The notes below the pieces were generated by a model. That model did not search any database, had not been told where the DNA came from, and saw only the letters and a list, made by a program, of their open reading frames with translations. Made by a program: the position numbers and the translations under genes. Source: the human T2T-CHM13v2.0 reference genome, Homo sapiens. Taken from it: a stretch of DNA of 64,000 bases. Shown piece by piece: positions 14,618-26,540 of the stretch. Position 1 is the first letter of the stretch; every line of letters starts with the position of its first letter. The stretch spans positions 35,232,001 to 35,296,000 of the forward strand of contig CP068257.2 in NCBI GenBank assembly GCA_009914755.4. The letters are read 5' to 3'.

Positions 14618-17600
14618 GTACATGAACAAACATTTCCTTTAGTCAAAAATTTGCATTCCCTTTCCTCCTTCAAGAAAATTCTACTTCACCCCAATTCCAT
14701 CCTAATCCTGCTTAAAAGTCTTACTTCTCTGTTTTATCTACAATAAAAATACACATCAAAAAATTGTAGTTTTTATTTCCTGTAACCATTAAGCTCTAAG
14801 TGTTAAGTTTTCATATTATGAATTGATTCAGTTACAATTACCAATAGTACAGAATGGATCAAAATATAAATGTTTTAAATTTTAATAAAAGTATTATGTA
14901 TAACTTGAAATCCATTGGAAATCCATCTTTTAAAAAGATGAATGGGCCTTTTTATCCTTTCTATAGATGAATATTACTTATGGCTAGAATAAGACAAGGT
15001 TAACATCAATTCTATTTCTACTTTCCATTTTTTATAGATGTTAACACTGAGAAACCTTGTCCATATACCTAAGTACAGGGAAATAAAGGAGTTTTATTAT
15101 AGCAATGCTGCTCAATTCTTTAAACTGCTTCCAACATATTTGTCAAAAATCATGCCTTATCTATCATTAAAAAGTGTTTTTTAAAATCTTGTCTTTTGCT
15201 TTCTGACACCAATATTTCATGTTGCCCTGTCTGCCACCCTAGAGGCTGCTCCGTCTCAGACAGGCTCCATCCATAGCAAGATTATGGATGGGTGAGAAAA
15301 GTCAGTTGTGGGGCGGGGCAGGGTGGGGTGCGTGGCAGTGGGTGGGAGAAGAAAACAGGCTGATACCCCCACCACTGACATCTGCTCGGGCGGATCAATC
15401 TCAGGCAGGAGTCCACGTGGAGGCTAAGGGTCTGAAAACTCCACCACTCCCCACTTATGTGCCCCAGAATGCGCGCCAGTTTAAAGGAATGGCTCTGAGG
15501 CAGGTTTGTAGACTCCTGGGTCTCCTACTCCGGTTAAACCTTGAAACAGAAGCTCTGTTCCTGGGGACCCCGAGAAAGGAGATGCAAGCAGGAAAGAAGC
15601 AAAGATGGAAAAAGATGAAAAATGTTAGAAAATGGCATAAAAACAAACAATAAAGTGTTTTTCAGAAAAACAGAGAAAAGCTCTATAAATTAGAACTCTG
15701 TGGCTTGCCCCACACAAAGCCATCAGATTAGGGAGCAGACCCTCTTCGGCTTTCTCCTCCCCAGCTCCTGCCTCTCCTAAACATACCCAGAGAACCTCTT
15801 CAGTCTTTGTACCGTTTTGTTATTGTTATTTTTAAGCAGAGGGTCATCATTTCAACCCTGGTTGTTCCAAACGAATAGTAAACTGTGATAGAAAATTCTG
15901 AACATTCCACCACCAGTGACCCTTACTATTCTGATATGGTCTAATAACTCAGAATTATTCCCTATCATACATACTTTATATAACATCAGCTACCACACAA
16001 GTTTTTAATACACAGTAAGCAGGTGGCCCCAGCAATTTCTCTTATATCTCACATCTGGTATTGTACTCCATATAAGGTGCTGAGTCCGATTTTTTAATAA
16101 AAACATGGCCTGAGCTTGTAAAAGTTCAAGTAAAATATGCCTTTAAAACTGCTGTATTTAATTTCCAGTCATGAAAGTCTAAAATTATTGTAAAATAATA
16201 CTCAACTTTTTTCACAGATCCATTCAATGAAGCTTAAAAGTACTTTCCTTTCAGAAAGGTAAAGAGCTTCATAACTAACAGTTTCTTGAATTCACATGTG
16301 CTGTCTTACTTTTGTGAGCGTGAATTGTATACATTTTATAACCTTTCAATCTGGACAAAATTAGTTTGGTTAGTAGCACAAAGTAATAATACATGTATGT
16401 TTCGGGGCAGAGGTGGGGGAAGGGAATGGTAAGGGGAAGGGCAGAAATGCTGAAAATTAAACCAATAACTTGAGACTTGGAGGAATTCATTATTTTTTCA
16501 AAAAGGAAATTGAAGACATAAACTGAAGATACACACTAGGTAGGAAACATCAACAAATGTGACATGATTATGAATATTATCTTATAATTGGGGAAATAGC
16601 CATTTTGACGGTCATTACACTTTATGTGAGGTTAGTGTACAATGTGGCGTAAAAGACTGGTGTAAAAATGAGATGGATTTCTGCAAGTTCAAACTTAAAA
16701 TCGTGCATCTGACTAGATATAAGCTGTTGCGAGTGCATTACATCTCCCACTCCAGTCTAGGAAAGGTGGAGTCCCTTTCATTTACACGACTATTTTCATG
16801 ACTGGGCAAATTCACAGAGGAAACACAGGGATCACATTCCTTCGATCATAAAGTCCTCAAAAGCAATCTTGCTCCATGTCAGCTGGTGCTAAATCAAAAG
16901 GTAACTTTCATTTCCTTTAAATAATTCAGTTTCATCTCTAACTATCATCTTCAACCACAGATTTTAAATTGATGCTAAATTGGGTAACTAAGTAGAAATA
17001 AATTAGTAGTAGATGATGCTGGCTATAAAACCAAGCCAAGAATTTGAGTAGTTTTTTTTTTTTTTTTAAAAGGTTCTGCTCTACTGAATCTATCCGATAA
17101 TATTTCTCCAAAGAACTTTTATGCTAGTGCTCATTTTTTCCCTTTTGGGGGATGATGGAAAGGGGGCAGTTACCCTCCCTTGTTATCACAAGTAAAATGC
17201 AAAAATCAGCCCACAGATGGTTGCAGAGAAAAAGGTCCTCTCAAACCCCAAAGGCCCAAGTGTAAACTGATATTAATAGATCTGCTCAGTTTGTAGGCAG
17301 TTTAACAATAGCTATCCAGACTAAAGACACATGCTTGATGACCCAGTTCCCATAAAAGAGAAACATCACACATGTACATATATCTGGGGGGCAGAGTTCC
17401 TCGATGGGCGTTGCAACATTGGTTCTCAGAGAAAAACAACAGAAATCAGCTAACTATCCATTAGGAAGGAAACAGCTAGCAGCTAAACAAAGCGTAGCAT
17501 GCTCTTATTGTGGTATAATGTACAGTAGTAAAAAGGAATGAGATAGATCAATTGGCTACAACATAGCTAAACCTCCAGAGTACATGGCTGAATTATAGAG

Positions 17601-18062
17601 TAACACAGCAGCAAACACAGATCAAAATCCAACCAAATCTACTTTCCCCTTCTTGGCAACAGAATTTTGGCTGCAAAGTGCATCTCCCTGACTCCCCTCC
17701 TTTCAGCTAGGCAGGCTAGGACCAGGTTCTTGCCAATGAAGCATACCACTCCAGCCTCACACGTTTAAGAGAAAATCTCTACCCCTCTATTTCCACTCCT
17801 TTGTCTTATCTGCTGTGTGGAAAAGCAATGACCAGATGACTGACCTAGAAAGTCACATGTTAAAGACGGCAGAGCCCCTGTCAGCCTGGGTCTCTGAATG
17901 ACTGCATGGAACACTGCAGCCCAATGACCTACATACACTACTTATTATGTTCTGTCACATGAGGGAGAACTACATGCCCTTCTTTTAAAGCCAAATTACT
18001 GTCAAGTCTCTTACTATAGCAACTTAATCTTTTATCCCAACATAGAAACATACAGTAAGATG

Positions 18063-18360
18063 ACCAGGTGCGGTGGCTCACGCCTGTAATCCCAATACTT
18101 TTGGAGGCCAAGGTGGGAGGATCTCTTACGGTTGGGAGGATCTCTTGAGGTCAGGAGTTCGAGATCAGCCTGGCCAACATGGTGAAACCCCATCTCTACT
18201 AAAAATACAAAAATTAGCCAGGTGTGGTGGCACACGCCTGTAATCCCAGCTACTTGGAGGCTGAGGCAGGAGAATCGTTTGAATGGGGAGGCAGAGGTTG
18301 TAATGAGCCAAGATCACACCACTGCATTCCAGCCTGGGCCACAGAGCAAGACCCCATCAC
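18063..18360 (+). mobile_element. Alu SINE with a 17-bp internal tandem duplication; its tail has become a microsatellite
   Basis: accaggtgcggtggctcacgcctgtaatcccaatac…; duplicated gggaggatctcttacgg/gggaggatctcttgagg; TSD acagtaaga at 18052-18060 and 18514-18522. Confidence 0.9.
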
Positions 18361-18512
18361 GAAAGAAAGGAAAAAAGGGAAGGGAAAAGGGAGGGGAAAA
18401 AGGAAGGGAAAAGGGAAGGGAAGGGAAAAAAGAGAGAGAAAGAGAAAGAGAAAGAAAGAAAGAAAGAGAGAAGGAAGGAAGGAAGGAAAGAAAGAAAGAA
18501 AGAAAAAGAAAA
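18361..18512. repeat. (GAAA)n/(GGAA)n/(GA)n purine microsatellite derived from the Alu tail
   Basis: gaaagaaaggaaaaaagggaagggaaaagggaggggaaaaaggaagggaaaag…gaaagaaagaaagaaaaag. Confidence 0.95.
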
Positions 18513-19281
18513 ACAGTAAGACCCCTTCTATATTAACACCATATCAAAAAGACTTGAAAAAGCAGATCAATCTCCTGACAGTGATTATAGAGGTGGGAAT
18601 GAGAGAAAGGAAGGGCACAGGCAAAACAAGACAGATGGGATTAGGGAAAACTTTAGATTTCACTTTTAAATATATGAACAGAAAATATATCCATGTATTA
18701 CTCATACAATTGAAAGCTGATAATCTATAGAACGTAACAATTTTAATGACCAATTCTATTTTTTCCTCTAAGTTTTTCATTGAGGTGGCATTTGGATTCT
18801 AAGTGATTCCAGTCAATATATCTTTCCATAAAATATAAAGAAAATGATGACCAAAATAAAAATAGTCATAAAAAAAAAAGGCGTCATGAGAACATTGTCT
18901 GGCACTCACACTCTGGAAAGGGGAAAAAACAATTGGCTGGCACGACGACTTTGTCCCCACGGAGCGTTGTACCGTACAAGCATTCTTCCACCAGGCTACC
19001 ATGTGAGTGTGGGCAGTTGTCCCCATCTCAGGGTCTCCGGAACCTGGGAGAAGTCCATCCACCCTAGTCTGGGAGACAGCACAGGCTCCAGGAGACGAAG
19101 TGAAGGCTCTGTCCCCTGCCAGCCATCAGGTATAGTACAACCTCCCTCTCTCCAAGGGACAGTTTCTTCCAATGAAAAACTGAGGCACCGCACAGGTTGT
19201 GTCTGAGATACGACTCCTCGCATTCAAGTCTCAGCTGGAAGGCCCTAAGGAAACAACTGCAACTTTTTTTCAATGACCTGA

Positions 19282-19642
<361 letters not shown>

Positions 19643-21869
19643 CAAACGATGTTTAATTTTAGATGAGTTTCTTTCCCCATCTCAGCATCTACCAGAAAAG
19701 AGATTTTCATTTTCAAACCTCATTTCTTTCCTAAGGATTACCCATGCAAACTGCATTTCATACTTTCAAAATGCCCTTTGCTTATTAAAAAGCACTGTGA
19801 GAACACAGACATGCTTAAGAAATTTCATGATACACGGAGAACAAAAAAATTCTACTTTTGATCATTCTCATCTTTACCAGACTTGCTTAGTACAATTAAA
19901 TTATCCACCCTAAAATAAATTTTCTTCTAGATACCATATCCTTATTTTGTTAATCCTCCATCTTAAGTGTATTGATGTCCTTAATCTTGTGTTTATAACA
20001 TCTGGGTTAAAATCACAGACTCACAGAACAAATCCAACCCCCCTACTTAAAGAGAAAGAACAGAGGTCTTCCACCTAGAATCATTTTATGAACAATAGGG
20101 GAACTTTAACTTCTGGGAAAACCCTAGATTCCTGCTTTGGAATCCTTTAGGAGTGGGAACAGGAATATGAACAGGAGAAAACCACCTTTAAAATAAAACC
20201 CGTGAACCCTAGTTATAGCACCTTTGAATTGCAAAGAATCTGAGAAGTTGTTTGCCACGATTTTAAAATTAATTCCACACCAAAGCATGCATGTTTTTCA
20301 TTTAAGAGACTTCAGAAATTGACTCTGAAGGACTGTCAGCAGCGAAACCTGGTTGCTTTTGTGTCTCGCCCCAGTACTGCTATTAGGAGTGCAGCCTCTG
20401 GCCACCAGTGACCTGGACACACACCCAGCTACCCCTCTGAGAAGCTGCGTCTGGACCACTGCATCTCCCCGGGAACCTCATTGACACCACAGGCTTATTA
20501 CCATGAAGGGGTGGGGGGAGGAAGAAAAGAGAATACACCTAAGTTCTCCTTAGCAGGCCTGATACGGTCTTAACAGTCACTCTCATGATTATTAGCTATT
20601 AATTCCTTATTTTTCTTAGTTATTACTTGCATGATTTTCACTTATATGAGCATATTTCCCCCACCATTTCTTAAAGTATCTTCCCATATAATTATTAATT
20701 TTAAAACTAGGTTATCAATAAATAGACCTATATTTCTACCTATGTCATCCTCCAACGGTTATTGATAAATTTGCTACCTTTGCAGATATGAGGATTTTCA
20801 TCTCAGCTTTCCAGTGAGAAGTGATTGTTTCGGAATCATAGTTACAAGTTTCCCTTAAAGTAACTGGAAGTCTTAAAAGGGGGCTTCATGACAAAACATC
20901 ACATGAGGAAAAATATCTTAAGGACTAGTTAGCAGTGAGAATTTTCAATAAAATCATGAGCTAGAGATATCAAGGCTAAAATTCAAATACTAAGAGAAGA
21001 AAATGTTCCTAACTCCCACAGGTCTGGTCCAACTGTTTTAAAAGACCTGGGCAGAAGGGTTTGGAAAATGGCATCTAAGAAGGAGGAAAATTTAGCACCT
21101 ACACCCCAGCCCTGGCCCCCCACTCCACCTTCAACTGGAGCCTTAGAGAGGCTCTTTTGAGCAATTATAGAGTAAAATTACATCAGAATATACATTAATG
21201 AGAGTATTTTCAATAATGCAAACGCTGCTAATTATATCTTTTCTTTTTAACACGAGGTAGAACATTTTACAGCAACCCTGAGACCGGCCGTGTGCCCAGC
21301 AGGGAGCCTCGTATTCCGCACACACTTGGAAAGGCCATGACAGCAGGCTGCATGATATGAGGTGTGAGAAATGAAAACTTTATGTGCATACAAATTTAGA
21401 TTTTTAAAATATTTTCACTAGGGGCATAAATAAAGAGAAATTAGACCACTGGGATTTCAGAAAACGAGAATACAGACTGTGATTTTTGTTTTAAATTTTG
21501 GTACTTAGAGTACCCCAATACCTAAAGAAGTAAATAATTCAGCAAGTTACCAAAAGTAACACTTCACTTTTAACTTTATACTTTTTATATAATTTGAGCT
21601 ATTTTGTTCAAGGAAGGAGAGAAAATTGCACACATTTAAATAAAAGAAAGGAGACAAGGAAGGAAAACAAAGGGACACAGGCACCACCACAGACGGCCCT
21701 TTATCAGGCTACCATGACACATCCATGCAACAAGGGCTACCAAAAACGCTACGAAAATACAATTTCCATCAATTTACACTGATTTTTATTATACCATAGC
21801 ACTTGAAAAAACTGTCCACAGTTATTTGCCCCCATTATAAAAATATTGACACTTTACCACAAGGTTGGA

Positions 21870-22232
21870 ATTTAGCATGAACATCCACATACCCACCACC
21901 TAGACAAGTCACATACTGGGAGTTAATATTCGCAAAACATATATCTGAAAAAGGACTGGTATCTGAGATATACAAAGAACTTCTACAACTCAATAATAAA
22001 ATGACAAGTACCCCAACTTCAAAATGGGCAAAAGATTTGAACAACATTTCACAAATTAAGAATGCCAGCAGTGTAATAGGTACAATAAGTATAATCATCC
22101 TCAACAATATCTGTTTTCAGGAAAATGCAGATTGAAAGCACAGTGAGATACAACTGCACACCCACCAGACCAGTTGAAAGTAAAAGACTGACCACACCAA
22201 ATATTGGTGAAGATGTAGAGGACCACCTACCA
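21870..22232 (+). mobile_element. LINE-1 ORF2-derived fragment, sense, lacking its own 3' end
   Basis: …ctgggagttaatattcgcaaaacatatatctgaaaaaggactggtatctgagatatacaaagaacttctacaactcaataataaaatgacaag…aaaatgcagattgaaagcacagtgagatacaactgcacacc…ggtgaagatgtagaggac matches L1 ORF2. Confidence 0.6.
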
Positions 22233-22352
22233 TTAACATTTTCTTATACTTGCTTTAGTACATATCAACCTATGCATCCAGCCATTAATTCATCTTCTTG
22301 CTTTATGCCTTTCAATGTAAATTGCAGATATACCCTTTAATACTTCAGCTGG

Positions 22353-22617
22353 GCTGGGCGCGGTGGCTCACACCTGTAATCCTAGCACTTTGGGAGGCTG
22401 AGGCGGGCGGATCACAAGGTCAGGAGATAGAGACCATCCTGGCTAACATGGTGAAACCCCGTCTCTACTAAAAATACAAAAAAATTAGCCAGGCGTGGTG
22501 GCGGGCGCCTGTAGTCCCAGCTACTCGGGAGGCGGAGTTTGCAGTGAGCCGAGATCGCACCAGTGCACTCCAGCCTGGGTGACAGAGCGAGCCTCTGTCT
22601 CAAAAAAAAAAAAAAAA
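22353..22617 (+). mobile_element. AluY-like SINE with ~30-bp internal deletion
   Basis: ggctgggcgcggtggctcacacctgtaatcc…; TSD acttcagctg at 22342-22351 and 22618-22627. Confidence 0.95.
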
Positions 22618-23330
22618 CTTCAGCTGCATACCATTAACTAGAGTTCAATATTTTAGTTTTTATGTAAAATTGGCCTACCTTGATATGCTAAGATCTGCTG
22701 GGTTTTGACAAATGTGTACACCACCGCCAATCCCAGAAACAACCATTCTTCTAATTTTCTCCCACCATAGATTAGATGTGTCTGTTCTTCAATTTCATAA
22801 AATGGAATAGCACACTATGTACTTGTTCATGGGATGTTTCTTTCACTCTGCATAATGTTTTTGAGATTCGTGCAAGCTCATTCCTTTTTATTGCTAAGTA
22901 GTGTACCTTTGTATAAATATGCTACAGTTTATCCATTCATCTGTCAGTGGACATCTAGGTTGCTTCCAGGTTTTGGCAATTACAAATAAGCTTCTATGAA
23001 TACGACCTACAAGTCTGCATAGACATGTATTTTTGTTTATCTTGGGTAAATATCTAGGGATGGGGTTACAGGGTAGGCATATGTGTGCTTTTATTTAAAA
23101 ATTGCTCCACTATTTTTTTTCAAAATGGTCGTATCATTTTATATTCCCACCAACGATGTTCAGAAATTGCAGTTCCTCTACAACTTCACCAATATTTGGT
23201 GTGTCAGTCTTTTCATTTTCAGCTGATCTGGGGGATATGCAGTGGTATCTCACTGTGCTTTTAATCTGCATTTTCCTGAAAACAGATATTGTTAAGGATT
23301 ATTACACTTATTATACTGCTGGCATTCTTC

Positions 23331-23626
<296 letters not shown>

Positions 23627-23837
23627 ATTGCTGGCATTCTTAATTTGTGAAGTGTTGTTCAAATCTTTTGCCCATTTTTAAATTGGAGTATTTGTCATTT
23701 TATTACTGAGTTGTAGAAGTTCTTTGTATATGTCAGATACGAGTCCTTTGTCAGACATATGTTTTGCAAATATTAACTCCCAGTGTGTGACTTATCTATT
23801 CATTTCCTCATCAGTACCTCTTGATGAGCAGAATTTT

Positions 23838-24110
23838 TCTTTTTAGAGACAGGGTGTCACTCTGTCATCCAGCCTGAAGTGCAGTGGTGCAATCATATCT
23901 CACTGCAGCCCTGACCTTTTAGGTTCAGGCCTCCTGGGCAACTGGGACCACAGGCATGTGCCACCACATCCAGCTAATTTTAAAAATATTTTGTAGAGAT
24001 GGAGTTTCACTATGTTGCCCAGGCTGGTCTCAAACTCCTAGGATCAAGCTATCCTCCTGCCTTGACCTCTCAAAATGCTGAGATTACAGGAATGAACCAC
24101 TGCACCTGGC
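23838..24110 (-). mobile_element. Alu SINE (older AluJ/S-like), nested in the L1
   Basis: Reverse-complement Alu; TSD agaattttt at 23829-23837 and 24112-24120. Confidence 0.9.
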
Positions 24111-24425
24111 TAGAATTTTTAAATGAAGTCTAACATCATTTTTCTTTTATAGTTATTGCTTTCTGTAATCAGTTTAAGAAATTTCTTCTTAGTCGCAAGT
24201 CATGAAGATATTGTTTTCCTTTAAAACTTTACGATTTTTCACTTCTGTATTAAGGTCTATGATTCATCTCAAATCAATTTTCCTGTATGAGGTGAAGTAC
24301 AGCACAAGATTCCCTTCTTTTCCTATATGGAGCACATATCTACTTACTGTATCACCACTTCTTGAAAACACATTTCTTTCCCCATCGGATTGCTTTAACA
24401 CCTGTCTCAAAAATCAAAGGCCCTA

Positions 24426-24716
<291 letters not shown>

Positions 24717-24859
24717 TTAATGCCAGTACCATATAGCTTTGATTATTGTCATTTTATAGTAAGTCTTAAAGTTAAGTAGTATGACTTCTCCACCAACTTT
24801 GTTCTAAATTACTTTCTCCATTATAGAACTTTTGCATTTCTATGTACATGTTAGAATTA

Positions 24860-26540
24860 GTGAGGACGTGGTGGCCCATCTGGAGCAGCCACTGTGGGGA
24901 CACCAGCTGCAATGGGGGAGGTGTGGCCAGGGCTGCTGCACTCCATGGAGCTAACACAGGCCAGGAATGGGCGGGAGCCCTGCCCCCTACCAAGTCGGCT
25001 GGGCAGGAGCCCCATGCTCCCAGGTGCAGCTGCGGCCACCCAGCCACGGCTCTGGACCCAGGCATCCCTGCACTCTCGGGGGTCCAGGAAGCACCCCCGG
25101 TCCCTGCAGGCTTGGAAGTGCCTACTCGCACTCCCTGGCCTCTCCCCGCTCCCGGCACCCACTTCAGTGCAAAGTTGTAGCCAAGCGCGGGTGCTGTCAT
25201 GACCCAGCCAGGTGTGCACATATGCAGAGTAGCCAGCACTCCCCTCCCCGACTGGTGCTTCAGCCCCCTCTAGACTTTGGTCACCAATGAACGCAGGAGG
25301 GAGACCAGAGGACTAAGCGTGACTTTGTACAGGCCTGTGGGTGCCCCTCAGCATAGACAGCTGGGCACCACGGACAGCATGTTGATGGCAGCGGGAGGCA
25401 GACAGGCTCCTAAGCAGGAAGAAGCCAGTTCCTGGTGAAACCACACCTTCAAGCCTGAAGCCTGGGCTCCAGGCTGCCAGTTCCAGGTGAGGTCCACGGC
25501 CTGGAGTGAGAATTTCATTGACAACTGTTTGGCCATTCGGATGGTGCTTTTTCCAGGACCAGCCAGGGACACCCAAGGACCAGTCAGCACACACTTCCTC
25601 CATTGTGACAACATAAAAACCCCAGATTCAGCCACTCACACTCTCCTCTGGAAGACCCCGCTGAGAGCTGGACACATGTCGGGACAACCTGTCTGCAGAA
25701 AGGAGCTACCCACCATGGGTCTCCTCTTCGCTGAGAGCCAGACAGATGTTGGGATAACATGTCTGCGGAAAGGAGCTACACACTACAGGTCTCCTGTCCA
25801 CTAAGAGCTGGACACTCATCGGGACGATCTGCCTGCAGGAAGGAGCTACCCACTTCAAGTCTCCTGAGAGCTGTTCTGCCACTCAATGAAGCTTCTCTCT
25901 GCCTTGCTCGCCCTCCAATTGTCCACATACCTCCTTCTTCCTGGATGCAGGACAAGAACTTGGGACCTGCCCAATGGTGGAACTAAGAGAGCTGTAACAC
26001 AAACAGGGGCAACGTCCCCCTGCTCGCCATGTTGCAGGTGATGAGGAGAGAAGAGAGGCAGCTCTTCGGGGAGCCAGACCTAGGGGCTCCCCAAGCCAGG
26101 GCTGTGACACCCTCTTTGGGGCTCTGCAGTTCCTGGTGTCTCCAAGTTTCTGGATGCCACCACATTCCCCTTGTCTAGGTGCTGGTGCCTGCAGCAGAAG
26201 CCACTTGTGGTACATCTGATCTAGCCTCAGCCTTGCACGGAGGCAGCACCCGTGCCAGGGCATGGAGCTGCCTGCCCCACCGCAGCAGCCACTGTGCACT
26301 GGCCTGCCTGTGCACAGTGGCCAGACCCCAAGCTTGCTCGTTCACAACCCCTCGCCAGTGTGCGCCTGGCTCACCCGTGGCAGGCATGGGATCCAGGCTG
26401 AGAGTGCGAGCCAAGTGCAGCCTGCCAGGGCTGAATGAGCCCAGCAGGCCCGAACAAAACTCAGGCAAAGGTACCACCAGCCACAGAGGTTTCTGGCTGG
26501 AAAAGCAATACTCTAAGGATCCTGTGACATTTTCGTATAC
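24860..26540 (+). mobile_element. GC-rich LTR-like insertion inside the L1; the ERV1 (LTR12/HERV9-like) family guess is tentative
   Basis: ~1.7 kb of GC-rich non-L1 sequence interrupting collinear L1 antisense (…tttgcatttctatgtacatgttagaattag | … | atttccacaaaaatacc…); contains ~70-bp tandem repeats, then ctgttctgccactcaatgaagcttctct (AATAAA-like) and gagctgtaacac. Confidence 0.4.
25660..25880. repeat. Three tandem copies of a ~70-bp unit inside the LTR-like element
   Basis: gctgagagctggacacatgtcgggacaacctgtctgcagaaaggagctacccaccatgggtctcctcttc / gctgagagccagacagatgttgggataacatgtctgcggaaaggagctacacactacaggtctcctgtccact / aagagctggacactcatcgggacgatctgcctgcaggaaggagctacccacttcaagtctcct. Confidence 0.85.

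Noticed and set aside
18224-18730. 168-aa plus-strand ORF rich in K/R/E/G
   Set aside because: Translation of the Alu 3' half plus the (GAAA/GGAA)n microsatellite; low-complexity artefact
25660-25880. Three ~70-bp direct repeats; considered a CRISPR-like array or VNTR
   Set aside because: Repeats are contiguous with no spacers, only three copies, eukaryotic LTR context; not CRISPR
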